From Eledone cirrhosa (lineage: Eukaryota): a DNA stretch of 64,000 nt. Made by a program: the position numbers and the translations under genes. Under the pieces are notes generated by a model that saw nothing but the letters and a program-made list of their open reading frames with translations, searched no databases and was not told the origin of the DNA. Shown in pieces: positions 12,070 to 24,127 of the stretch (positions are counted from its first letter, which is position 1; the number at the start of each line of letters is the position of its first letter). The DNA is taken from positions 18,166,001 through 18,230,000 of the forward strand of contig OZ024742.1 in NCBI GenBank assembly GCA_964016885.1, written 5' to 3'.

Positions 12070-13395
12070 TATTTTCATTTAAGTAACTCCACTTACATCG
12101 ATATGCTTTATAACCATGACTTGTTTTCTAATTTGGCCCTTTTAAGTCTTCCCTCTCTCTCTCCTCCCCCTTTCACCCCCCCCCCCCTCTCCAAAATACG
12201 CGTGAAAACTCCACTTACGCGTGGTAGTAATACGGAAATAAACGATGTTTGACGAGTGACGTCACCTTCGCCTGTTTCCATCGGCTGCTTGGACTGACAG
12301 CTAATAGCGTTGTAGTGCCTATATATTGACTCATATTTCTTTTTGATATAAAATATCTGATTGTATAATATATATCTTTAACAAGAATGGTATTGTTTCA
12401 TCCATAAGCTTGGCTGGTCTCGCTTGGGAATCCAGCCGTATAAGTTGGAGATAATTGTTTCTGACAGGACCTGCTGGAAGGAGTGTTTGAGGACTTTCTC
12501 AGAGTTAAATTCATCGCTGTTAGGAAATGATTTGTGGGGAATTTAGCAGCTATTTTTAGCTCAGTGACTGTTCTCTTGATGATTCCGGGAGTGTATGTTT
12601 GTCAGTTATTTCGCTGCCCAAGATCATCTTTTATAAAGCAGATCCATAAACAAAAGTATGTATTTAATGTGACATTCTTTAAATAAAAAAAAAAACGGCT
12701 GTGTGATTTGAGGGAGATTTAGCTGCTATTTCTAACAGGTCGATCGACGACATAGAGAGAGAGAGACTGGTGGTCATGTATATTTTGAAATGATGTAGAT
12801 GTGTATGGTGGGTGACTTTCATTTATGTCGCTACTAAAGGGTTTGTTTTACATAAAATGACCACTCTTACATTTTCTGTTATATCACTGATTGTTTTTTC
12901 TGTTATATCACTGAAATTAAATTATTATTTTGGATTACTTTGATTATTTTTGAAACATGTTACGATATATTCGCCTGTGTAAATATAAATATAGATGCTG
13001 GGATGTTAATTTAAATATAAACAGACGTATATACATAGACAAGTACTGAATTCCTTACGTAATTTTTTTTTACATCAATTGAAAAATTAGAATCATTATA
13101 AATATAATGGTGAGAAAAAAGTTCAACTACCTTTTTCTGTAATTCCGTCAATGGGAAAGAAGAGAGTTTTGCTGGATATATCAGCTTCGGCCGTCATAAT
13201 TTGTTCCCCCTAATTTGAAATAATCGTTGTTTGTGTAATAAATGACCGAATTCCACACAACGAAATAGTCCACTGTTTCATCACCACTGCTGTTGCAATA
13301 TCAAACTTTTTGGTAAATTAGATTATACTTTAATAGAAAGGGAGAAAAATATAACTTAATGTTTGTTACAGTGCGTCCTTTATATATATATATAT

Positions 13396-13444
<49 letters not shown>

Positions 13445-13599
13445 TTCAGTCATATTCATACACCTACTTACATCATAGTCCAATAAAAATACCAGTTGCT
13501 CCGTGATGTGGCTATTATGTCTGAGTAGATATTCCATTCATAACATTTTGGTAAATGTGTTATGAATGGGATAACTTTACGTTACTTCAGAGCATATAA

Positions 13600-14000
13600 A
13601 TAAATTTACAGTAGAATAACATAACAAATATGTTTTAAATATATACATAAATAACATTACAAATGCTTAGACAACATTATAAATTGCTCGCGATTCTTTC
13701 AGAAAGATATATTCTTTCAATGTTGCAATATTAAAGAAAATGTAAAGGAAGGGATGAACAACCGAGCCAACACCAGAGCAAAAGACAGCAGCGTCGCGAG
13801 AGGTACCGGGCAACCTCTCTAATGATTTTTGAGGCAAGCCAGCACACTCGCAGCGTTGCCTTGGGTGATGGCGAGGCTAATGCGCTGGAACAACCAAGCG
13901 CCCTCGCGAGATTCGCCAGTTACCTCTATTAGGCGAGCCGCCAGTGAAGAAAGGAACCTCGCAGTCAGCGACCCGACTCCCCCAGACGTCTCGAAAGCCA
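13600..14000 (-). mobile_element. 3' end of a CRE-like (restriction-like endonuclease) non-LTR retrotransposon
   Basis: AFETSGGVG...REGAWLFQRISLAITQGNAASV. The same sequence occurs on the + strand at ~35050-35350. Confidence 0.7.
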
Positions 14001-15259
14001 CATATACAGATATACATTTATTGTATACTCTCGGGTCACAAATATAGTGGGGGGAGGGGGCATAAACGAGTTGGAAAATCAGTAATTTCTCTGTTGCCTC
14101 CGTTGATTTTTTTTTTATAAAACCAGAATTAGTCGTTTAGTTTACAATTTGAGACACCTAACCCAACCTATTTATTTTATAACGTATGAAAATTCTAGTG
14201 ATGTACTTTTTTTGTCTTGTATAATGTTTTGTAATGTATCTGAAAAATATAAGCCCTCCACCTGTTTTGCTGTGTCCCAATGTGCACTCGGGTCCCAAAT
14301 AATAGGGGGGGGGGGGGAATCGTGATTTTTCTATGTTGTCTCTCTTATTTTTTTTTAACTGTAAAATCTACAATTAGTCATTTAATTTACATATTGAGAC
14401 CCCCCTCCCCCCTCCAACCCATCTTATTTATTTTATAACATGGGATTCCTTGTAATGTACTTTTTTGTCATGTATAAGGTTTTTAATGTATTGTGGCAGG
14501 AATGTTACCACTTAAAATAAAATATTTGTGTCCATTCTCTGCATCTTACCAACAGCTCAGGTCTCCAATATGTTGTGCAAACTGGTGCAATCCCACCTTT
14601 ATGTACGAAATTGCGTAAGAGAAAGTGGTTGAAGAGGTTTAATGATGCTGTTGTTTGTTCGTCTCATGCAACTATTTTTCTGCCAGCATTTTTTGTTGAT
14701 ATTTTATAAATATGTGTACGTGTAATCATCACCATCATCACCACCGCCGTTTAACATTCATTTCCCATGCTTGCATAGTTTAAATGGTCTGTCATGATTT
14801 AGACGGTGGGGAGCAGGATACTTCAGGTTTGTGGGGTCCCTCATACACAAAAAAATTAGAATAATCCCCCCCCCCCCCCCCAAAAAAAAAAAATTACGTA
14901 TCTAAGTTAGTTGGAAGCAAGTAATTGGAATTGAAAAATTATACATACAGGTATTAAATTAAAAATTCTAACCATTCTAAAACTAAAAAGCCCAGCAGAG
15001 GGCACAAATAAATTGCTATGGCCGTCGTTGGTGGTGGACCCCACTCAGGGGGGTTGGGGCAACTGCCCCCCATTAAATCCGGCCTTCTGTGTGTGTTCTA
15101 ACAATTCCACCTATATGATTTGATTAGAAATTACAAAACTCATTGAAGGCATAAAATCTAAAACACTAAGATATTGCAAGTTAATTGAAGGGAAATAATT
15201 ATAGCATATCTAGTCATCCATAGCTATGGTTACTCTATAATTGCCGGTTCTCTTTTTTA

Positions 15260-15310
15260 AAACTTCCTATCTCTGTCGGCTGGGAAACTATAAATGCTCT
15301 TCAGGTAGGT
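15260..15310 (+). promoter_or_regulatory. Putative non-coding first exon and splice donor of the 17-kb ZNF gene
   Basis: aacttcct...ttcag|GTAGGT (15305) is homologous to aacttcct...ttcag|GTATGT (22792) upstream of the paralogue. Acceptor ttttatttcag ends at 16955. Confidence 0.5.
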
Positions 15311-16349
15311 TCACATTATTCTTTCATATTTACAGTCCTGTTGCATACTAATTCTATAGCATATCAATTGCTAGACATATTTAGTTTTGAAACATATACA
15401 TTTTCATCACGTCTATACTGCTGAAGACGAAGTATTTTCTTTTCTGTTGTGTTGATAGTTGACGGAGATTGATGTTTTTGATGTGTTGTCAGTATAGACA
15501 GACTGTGTCAAATTACTACAACGATGTTCTTTACTGCTGTGACTTGGGATCTAAGAGCTATTTATCTAGACTGGAGGTTCAGTTGGTATTCAAGCCTGTC
15601 ATTTAGATTGGTGGTAGATTTTAGTCAACCACCCATCTTCTTCTCAGGCTCATCATAAATATGTAATTGCGATTTTAACATAAACCTGTCTTGGATTAGT
15701 TTAATCTCTTCACTAAAACAAATTAAACTCATAATGTTATCCTTCTCTGAAGAATATAACCAGTGATCTTTCTCTATATATAGTTGCTCTGTCTGATATT
15801 GGCAGTGCCATTAATATTGCTCATGTTGTTGTGTCTGGTGTTATTGTTGTTAAAGTTGTTAGTGTTTAGTGTCAAGTCCTAACTGAGCAGATGTACGATC
15901 GAATGGGTTCCATCTATGACACCACTCCATCGTATTTTCATGTCTAGTTCTTGTAGTGCCACATTATTCTGTTGTTGCTGTAGATGATGATATACAGGGT
16001 GTCCAAAAAAACGTATACACACTTCAACGGCATTCTAATAAATATTGCCTGTACAGGTAATCAAAGTAGGTATACATTGTATGTGGGGATTAAACATTGA
16101 TCATTCCTCTTACAGGTGTTAATGTTATGATGTTACGAATGCGATGATGATGATAGTGATTAGTAGGGATTAACGATAAGCGGTGGTAGTGATAATTATG
16201 ATGACATTACTTGAAATCCCATATGTTATAAAATAAATAGGATGGGCTGGGGTCTCAATATGTAAACTAAACGACTAATTCTGGTTTTAAAAAAAAAAAA
16301 ATCAATACAGACAATCCAGAAAAATTACCGATAATTACCGATTTTTTTT

Positions 16350-16890
16350 CACCCCCAACACCCTGCTTATTCCACCCCCACCACCCTGTTTATTCCACCC
16401 CCACCATCCTGCTTATTGCACCCCCACCACCCCGTTTATTCCACTACCACCACCCTACTTATTCCACCACCACCACCCTGTTTATTCCACCCCCACCACC
16501 CTGCTCATTCCACCTCCCACCACCCTGTTTATTCCACCACCACCATCCTGCTTATTCCACCACCACCACCCTACTTATTCCACCCCCACAACCCTGCTCA
16601 TTCCACCACCACCCTGTTTATTCCACCCCCAGCACCCTGCTTATTCCACCCCCAGCACCCTGCTTATTCCACCCCCACCACCCTGCTTACTCCACCACCA
16701 GCACCCTGCTTATTCCACCCCAGCACCCTGCTTATTCCACCCCCACCACCCCGCTTATTCCACCACCACCATCCCGCTTATTCGACCCCATCCCGCTAAT
16801 TCCACCCCCACCACCCTGCTCACCCCCACCACTCTGCTTATTCCACCCCACTTATCTACCACCACCACCCTGCTTATTCTACCCCACCCC
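16350..16890. repeat. C-rich ~19-22-bp minisatellite (ccaccctgcttattccaccc)
   Basis: Direct tandem repeats embedded in the inverted TIR copy. Confidence 0.9.
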
Positions 16891-17020
16891 TATTATTTGG
16901 GACCCGAGATTAAGTAAAACAGCGCTACTAAAGGATATATTTCCTTTTATTTCAGTACCAACAATCATTTATGGATGAGACACAGGAGTAGAGCTTTGAA
17001 GAGATCTCTCTCTCTGAACA

Positions 17021-17722
17021 ATGGACTTGTCGGCACGTGAAGCCGAACCATTCTACTGTGGCGTATGTGGTAAAGATTTTCTCCATGTTGTTCACTTGGA
17101 GGAGCACATGAAGACACATACTTTGGAGAAACGGTTCCCTTGTGAAATATGTGGGAAGAATTTTTCAAAAAACTCTGACCTCTCAAGACACATAAGAACA
17201 CACACAGGTGAAAGACCTTTTCGCTGTGATATTTGTGGTAGAGACTTCTCCATGAATTATAACTTAAAAAACCACTTAAAGACTCACACTGGTGAAAAAC
17301 CATATCAATGTGATATTTGTGATAAATTTTTTACTGAAAGATCCTCTTTGAGAAAACATACCAGGATTCACACTGGAGAAAAGCCTTACCATTGTCACAC
17401 ATGTGGAGACAGTTTTACAGATTATTCTACATTACGAACTCATTTAAGGACACATACAGGAGAGAAACCATACCATTGTGAGATTTGTGGGAAGGATTTC
17501 ACTGCAAATTCCTCCCTAAAAAGTCACATTCGAACACATAATAGAGAGAAACCATTTATCTGTAAAGAATGTAGTAAAGGTTTCTCATTCAAAGTTCATC
17601 TAAGGGAACACATGAAGGCACACACTCAACCGGAACCAAGTCCTTTACGTTGTAAGATATGTGGAGACAACTTTGTGGATGGTGTTGCTTTAACAAGCCA
17701 TTTAAGGATACATACAGAATGA
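17021..17722 (+). CDS. C2H2 zinc-finger protein, 8 fingers (paralogue 1)
   Basis: CxxC-x12-HxxxH repeats with TGEKP linkers. Splice acceptor at 16955 and AATAAA at ~17759. Confidence 0.9.
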   Translation: MDLSAREAEPFYCGVCGKDFLHVVHLEEHMKTHTLEKRFPCEICGKNFSKNSDLSRHIRTHTGERPFRCDICGRDFSMNYNLKNHLKTHTGEKPYQCDICDKFFTERSSLRKHTRIHTGEKPYHCHTCGDSFTDYSTLRTHLRTHTGEKPYHCEICGKDFTANSSLKSHIRTHNREKPFICKECSKGFSFKVHLREHMKAHTQPEPSPLRCKICGDNFVDGVALTSHLRIHTE

Positions 17723-17992
17723 TATTTTGTTTATCGGGAGGTGGTATCACTATTTGTAAATAAATATTTTATTTTATATTTAAACTTATTAAAATTTCAA
17801 TCAGCACTTGGTCATGAGAAGAAGCAAAGTAGGTGTCACTAAGAAGAATAAGAAAATTTCAATCAAAATTGTATTTGATTGTAACTATGTGTTTCTCTTT
17901 AAGTGATGTGCATAGTTGAAAGATGTAAACATCAGTGAGAGAAATGATAAACCAATGTTCTCAAATTAAAGCTCTTTTGATATTTGTTTTGC

Positions 17993-18165
17993 TTGGCTTA
18001 GTGGTAAGGGTGTTGGACTTACAATCATAATGTTGTGGGTTCGATTCCTGGACTGAGAATTTGCATGTTCTTGAGCAAAACACTTAATTTCACATTGCTC
18101 TAGTATACTCAGCTGAAAATGAGTACCAGCAATAGTAGGGGGTTTAACTCTGCAATGGGCTGGAT
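17993..18165 (+). mobile_element. tRNA-derived SINE
   Basis: A-box tggcttagtgg and B-box ggttcgattcc. Body ttgagcaaaacacttaatttcacattgctc is shared with family A. Confidence 0.7.
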
Positions 18166-18169
18166 CCCA

Positions 18170-18560
18170 CTGGTGAATGCTGGAGCATTATCCTGATGAA
18201 ACAAGACCTGTTTTGTCAGATTTCCTGGGCATTTGGTCTTCAGAGACTTTTGTAACTGTCTCACCAAGTTGGCATAGTACTCTCCATTGATGATGTGGTC
18301 CTTTTGAAGATAGTTATTAAACACAATCTCTTTTGCATCCCCAAAAAACTGAGGCCATCACCTTCTCTGCTAATGAAACGACCTTGGTCTTCTTTGGTGC
18401 AGGCAAAGGGGATTGTTTCCACTGCATGGATTGTTTCTTTGTCTCTGGCTCAAAGTGATGAACCCAACACTCAGCCTGGGCTAGGAAATGTTTAAGAAAA
18501 CCAACTGGATCTGCCTCAAACATTGAAATTTTCCCATAATGTGGTATCTTGTTAAGAAAT
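18170..18560 (-). pseudogene. Mariner transposase fragment
   Basis: WVHHFEPETKKQSMQW...KVMASVFW and INGEYYANL...VLFHQDNAPA, frameshifted. Confidence 0.85.
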
Positions 18561-19039
18561 AATTCTACACCTCAATTTAGGGTGACTAAGAGGACTAGGA
18601 TCTATGGACAGTGCCCTTCTTTCTCAGCAAAAATAAAAAATAAAAAGATCAAGCAAAAGTGGTAGAGTTCCAGCATGACCAGACACATACAACTTGATTG
18701 CCATACAAAATTCTTTTGCCATTTTTAAACATACACAGCATGAATATTAAAAGGTTTACACACATCCTCAATAATTATTTACTTGTTACGATTGGGTCAA
18801 GAAACAGTCCACTAATTGAGGGTTTATTGATAAGCCTTATTAACCTCACTTCTATAGTGCATAATTTGTTGCAATTTGGTGAAACTGCAGTCGGGACTTT
18901 GAAGAAAAAATAGGTATATTTTTGTCTATTATTACCTCGCATTTTTAATTTGATACATATATATATATTGGCTGCACTTCTGATTGCATTCATTGGCTTA
19001 GCTGCGGCTCGAGCTTCGACTATGCTGTACTTCCATTTG

Positions 19040-19072
<33 letters not shown>

Positions 19073-19075
<3 letters not shown>

Positions 19076-19257
19076 TAAAATTCTGTTATAACAAAATTCA
19101 CAAGGTATAAAAAAAAATTTGTTGTAACAAAAAATTCTTAATAATGAGATCGACTGAAACGAATTGACCGCTTGTTTGTTATTACCTCAGGGATTGAAAA
19201 CAATTTTGTTATACTCAAAAATTTGTTATGGTATTCATTATAACAGAATTTTACCTG
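19073..19257. mobile_element. Tc1/pogo-type MITE
   Basis: TA|cagtaaaattctgttataa ... ttataacagaattttacctg|TA. Confidence 0.7.
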
Positions 19258-19259
19258 TA

Positions 19260-19867
19260 TCATCATCATCGTCGTTTAACGTCCATATTCCACGCTAGCA
19301 TGGGTTTGGACGGTAATTTTCCCACTTGAGGCAAGATTGGTTGTCTTGCTCATATAGGACTGTCTGGCGGGTTTTCTACGGCTGGATGCCTTTCCTAACA
19401 CCAACCACGTTTACAGTGTGGGCTGGGAGGTTTTTACCGTGTTACCTACACGGCCACATTACAACGTGGACTGTGTGTTTTTTTGTCGTGACACCTACAC
19501 GACCTCATTTATTTAGGACTGGATGTTGTGGTACCAACATAACTTTACATCGAAAGGGGGTGGTGTGGATGGGGTGGGGGTAGTGGGACGGGGGTGTATT
19601 TTGGTAAGAGGTGCCTACTGACTAGGTTTCGCTTTGCACTTAGGCAAGGCGGGTCTTCTGTATTACTGTGTAGCGCCAAAGATCTCGGTCCAGTGAGAGG
19701 TGTAAGTGTGTGAGGTCGGAATTTATCAAGTCGTACCAGGTTTTCAGGGTCTGCCTACTCCGTGGCTACCGTCTATTTTGATTGCCCTGCACTTTTTTAT
19801 ACAGCTGTCGTCTTTCATGCGCATCACGTGACCGTACCAACATAGTCTTCTCTCGAGTAAACAGCAT
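19260..19867 (-). mobile_element. RTE LINE 3' end (ORF tail, 3'UTR, (gat)n)
   Basis: Reverse-complement match to ~58910-59540. Confidence 0.85.
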
Positions 19868-20070
19868 ATATACATATATATGTATATATATATATATAAA
19901 TCAGGATGGATTCAGTTTGAAACTAGTTAAACCAACAGAGTACTCAATATTTGGGGTAGTGGGATAGGGTTATATTATAAAGAGTTGGGACCCGACAACT
20001 GAGCTCTTGCCGGTTCAACAACTAGTTCCAGATAGAGCTCAGCCATCGTGTCCCAACTCTTTATAAGATA

Positions 20071-21310
20071 CTAGCTGCAGTACCCGGTAATATCCGGGGA
20101 AATGCGGGGTTATTTGCAGTTCCCAGAGTGCACCTGAAAATGCTAGTGACCCTGGGTGCCCATACTGGATTTTCAATAGCAACCTTTGCTAGGTGTTTTT
20201 ATGGCAGATCAATTTATTGTGTGGAACTATCAATAGCTGTTTAAGTCATATGTCCTTCTTCCATCCAGCTTTCTTCATTCAGAGTGAATAATCCGGGGAA
20301 GTTTGAGCTCGAAGAGTATCAAACTTATTCAACAAACTTATGTATAAGAGTAGCAGACTTACTGCCTTAGTGCTCAACACAGAACAATTGAGGAAGTCAT
20401 CACAACTATTGAAGAAATTATAACCAAGTGAACATATTCGGGTACTGTTTAAGCACCCTGTATATCACTGTTTGTAAAGGCCTTCGAATGATTGAAGCAA
20501 TTCAATAAAACTATCCTGTTTTCCCCCTATAGTAGACATAACCCGAGAAAACACCATAATAAGTCAGATAAACAATCAGAAGTGTTGACCCAAAAGAGGG
20601 CCTTGTAACGTTCACTGTTGCAAAGTGTCAATAATAGGGGAGAAGTTACATCTTAATTTGTGTTAATCTTCCACGATCCGACACCTCGAAATATTGACAA
20701 AATAAACTCTACTCTCAAAGACGACATGTTACAATTAACATGCCGGGAGTACGAATATTCGTCAACATACGATTTGGGTTTTATTCTTTAGACAAATCTC
20801 ATGGTAAGCCAACTTCCAGGTCATTGATCATCACACTTTTTTGTAACTTATCGATTCCTGCAGTTGACCTTAATGTGACCTAAGCGTGTGCACGTGTTGA
20901 GAATCCATATCAGTGGATGTGATATATATATATATACACACACATACATACAGTTCAGTCGTCAACCAAAATTAGATTGTTGTAATTTCTTTATGTATAT
21001 TTCTAATAAGTTGTTGCCTGGTTTTGGAGGACTGAGTTGTGGGAGGAGGAAGGGGAGTAGTGGGAAGGAGGGTTTAACATACAGTAGTAGTATCTCCTCT
21101 TCCCCCTCTCTCACTGAAACGTCTTCTCTTTCCTGCTCCATTGTAAAGATGTCCTAAGGAGTTCCATTATTGATTTTTATTGAAATCCAATTAGCCAGTC
21201 CTGTTTCTGAATATTAGCTTAACATGTGTGTAAAGTTTCCTCAGGATCGGATCACTGGTGTAGGTGCCAACTGGTTATACACAGACAGAAATTGCCATTT
21301 ATATAGTAGA
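20071..21310 (-). mobile_element. Non-autonomous Helitron-like element
   Basis: On the - strand it starts TCtactatataaatggc and ends with hairpin cccggatattaccggg then tactgcagCTAG, inserted between A and T. Confidence 0.7.
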
Positions 21311-23339
21311 TATATATATTGAGAGAGAGAGAAAGAGAAGTAAATATATATGTATGTATGTATGTATATATCATTATCAAGCAGGGCAAAAGATTAAATA
21401 GTAAGGAGACACCGAGACTCTAAAAGCAAACTTAAAATGTCTCAACATATCCTACAAAAATCTTGAATCATGTGCATCAGATAGAGTGGCCTGGAGAAAT
21501 GTCATTTGAAATGGAGAGGGTAAAACATACAGAACTGAAAAGGAAAGTGCGGTGAAATGAGACCAACAGTAATAATGATGAATCTTATCCTGTGTTGGTT
21601 TTCCAATCCCCTGTGTACTCCAAGGTGTGCCTTTCAAATGCTGGCTTGAAGTCACACCAACAAACACATGATGGTAAAGGCGAAGTTGGCTATTGAAACT
21701 TCATTGCAGAGAATCTGTTCCAGTGCCATGTTTGTCAGAAAACTTGAAATCAGGTGGATTGAAGCAACATCTGAACATACACATTGAGCAAACCCAAAGT
21801 GGAAACAAGAACGAAATGAGAGGGTCGGACACCATGCTTTGACGCATAGAGTTACGGCCCTTGCCATTCTGAGTTCAAATCCCACCGAGGTTAACTTTGC
21901 CTTTCATCCTTATGGGGTTGATAAAATAAAGTACCAGTAATGCACTGGGATAATTGCTGGCCTTGTGTGTGCCAAAAGTAGAAACAATTATTTGTGGACG
22001 AGTGTTTCACAGGCTTTCAGGACTAAAAAGACATCTCATGTCAGGAAGGAACAGATATAAAGTGCAAGAAGTTGTCAAGCTTTGTATGGAGCAGACGACC
22101 TTCATTTATTATTATCATTATTTTCGATACAATGGTGCTTGTGTTGGCCTCAACCAGACTGGGAAGGCCGTGATGAGGGAGAAGGCTGCATATTGCTTAT
22201 CAAGAGGAAAACATTATCCTACTATGGAAATTCGAATTATTTTGTATATAATCAAATTCCTCGCTTTGGAATAGAAATTCCACCTATGGGGGGGGGGGGG
22301 GGGGGGCAAATCTCTAACAACCATTGATCTTCTATTTCGTTGAAAGATCTGCTTAGCTGTTTCTACTATCTTAACACTACACTGACGGGAGTGCGGTCAT
22401 GTCGCACTGGGTGGTGAATTGATGGTCGTTTTTGTTTTTACTTCCATTTTTTGTGTATTATATTTGATATATTTTTGTGTATTATATTTGTGAGGTTCCT
22501 AGCAACAATTGGTTGTACTTTTATGTTTTTATATTGCCATCCTTTAGCGATTTGTAATGGTATTTATACAATTGTGAATAATAATAAAAAGTTCCCCTGT
22601 AGAAATAGAAATCTATAACAAGATGATATAACACGAAACTTAACGAGGAAGTTTTAAAAAATATTAATGAAATGAAAAGGAATCTAAATTTGATTATAGC
22701 ACGTCTGGCTATCCGTAGTTTCAACTTCATATTGTGTTTCCAGTCTTAGTTTTAGTAACTTCCTGTCGTCTGGAAGGCGCCGATATTTCAGGTATGTTCA
22801 GATAGATTTCTCCTCATCTACTCTATTATTTTTATTGTTATATACACAATATACACCAGTTGTTAAACATATTACGTGTAAAACATTTACAGCTCTCTAC
22901 CACGTCTATTTTGTTGAAGTGTCTGCTCTTGTTTCTTATATGAAATGTTGTGTTGTTGGTAGACGGAGACAAACTGATGTTGTTGGTTTTTTTCGTAAAC
23001 ACTAAGCTCTTTTATTCACAGTTGTATATACAAAAATAATAATATAATGGTTACAGAACGAAAACACATATAATATATACAAAGCAGGTAATATATACAT
23101 CTAGGACCACATACAACACTAGGGAGGCGAAAGGGGTGGACAAACGAACGTGTTTAATTGTTGTGATCACTGTAGACAGGTTCTGATTAACTAAACCATA
23201 CAGCCGTATCTACTTACAACATACTTCTAGAACATCCCAAACGTACAACAAAAATTGGCGATTTATTCTCTAAAATAGAAATATATAATACAAGAAAACA
23301 TTTGTAAATTAATATATTTATTCGGACACTTGAAATAAG

Positions 23340-23757
23340 AAAATGGCAAAATCGATAGAGCGCCGGACAAAATGTTTTCTAGCATTTGGCTACGGCTCTT
23401 TACGTTCTGGGTTCAAATCCCGCCGATATCAAGTTTGTATTTCATCCTTTCGTGGTTGATAAAATAAAATACCAGTAACGTAGTGGGCTCCATCTAAATG
23501 ACTTTTTCCCTCCACATAAATTGTTTGCGTTGTGCCTAAATTAAACATCACTATTAATTAAAAGGCGCTGGATTGGCAGTATCGGTAGAGGGTCGGGCGC
23601 CATGCTTTGAAGCATAGAGTTGCCTCCTTTTCTGATCTTAGTTCAAATCCCTCCGAGGTTAACTTTGCCTTTCGTCCTTACGGGGTCGATAACATAAAGT
23701 ACCAGTAATGTACTGATAATTTCTGGCCTTGTACCAATAGTAGAAACAATTATTAAT
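23340..23757 (+). mobile_element. Dimeric tRNA-derived SINE (family B)
   Basis: Two gttcaaatccc heads, each followed by a tttcatcctt.cggggtcgataaaataaagtaccag-like core. Other copies at ~21820-21990, 26290-26478 (-) and 36860-37232. Confidence 0.8.
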
Positions 23758-24127
23758 TAAAAGAAAGCAGGATTAATAAAATATATGCTAATTATATGTT
23801 GGAGTTAGCTGAATTGAATATACTCCATCGATAAAATTTGTTAGAAATATTTCAGTTAATGTTGTTTCTTAGCGATAGAAAAAAACTATCCTAAAGTTGT
23901 AATAAGGAACCTGTGAATACATGAAAACCATAGTAATGGTTTTTAATGTTTATTTAATACGGTTTTTTTTTTTGTTGTTGTTATTTTTTAGAATGAATTA
24001 AAGGAATTGAAGATCATTAAAGTTGGTTACATCCTACCTTGGTTAAACAGAATATTATAACATTTTGGAGCTGATAGTTTATTGCTATTGTGGCATATGT
24101 GACAAGGACTTTATCTGGGAAGATCTC

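Larger units (their letters stand above)
10636..12319 (+). mobile_element. Merlin (IS1016-like) DNA transposon with composite imperfect inverted repeats
   Basis: Right end ...ctgacagctaatagcgttgtagtgCC is matched on the left by tattagctgtcag. Inner inverted blocks at ~10748-10800/12043-12093 and ~10845-10890/11908-11966. Left terminal GG and TSD not found. Confidence 0.8.
14025..16912. repeat. TIR-like repeat family: two direct copies (14025-14235, 14284-14490) and one inverted copy (16210-16912)
   Basis: tcgggtcccaaataatagggg at ~14288 versus ccctattatttgggacccga at ~16889. aaaaccagaattagtcgtttagtttaca versus tgtaaactaaacgactaattctggtttt. Confidence 0.65.

Noticed and set aside
10700-12100. 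Histone gene implied by the stem-loops
   Set aside because: No histone-fold ORF on either strand. The only substantial ORF is the transposase.
15992-16140. Possible Tc1 terminus (ta|cagggtgtccaaaaaa)
   Set aside because: No matching opposite end was found, so it is too weak to annotate.
16416-16799. Pro/His-rich 127-aa ORF
   Set aside because: Translation of the C-rich minisatellite.
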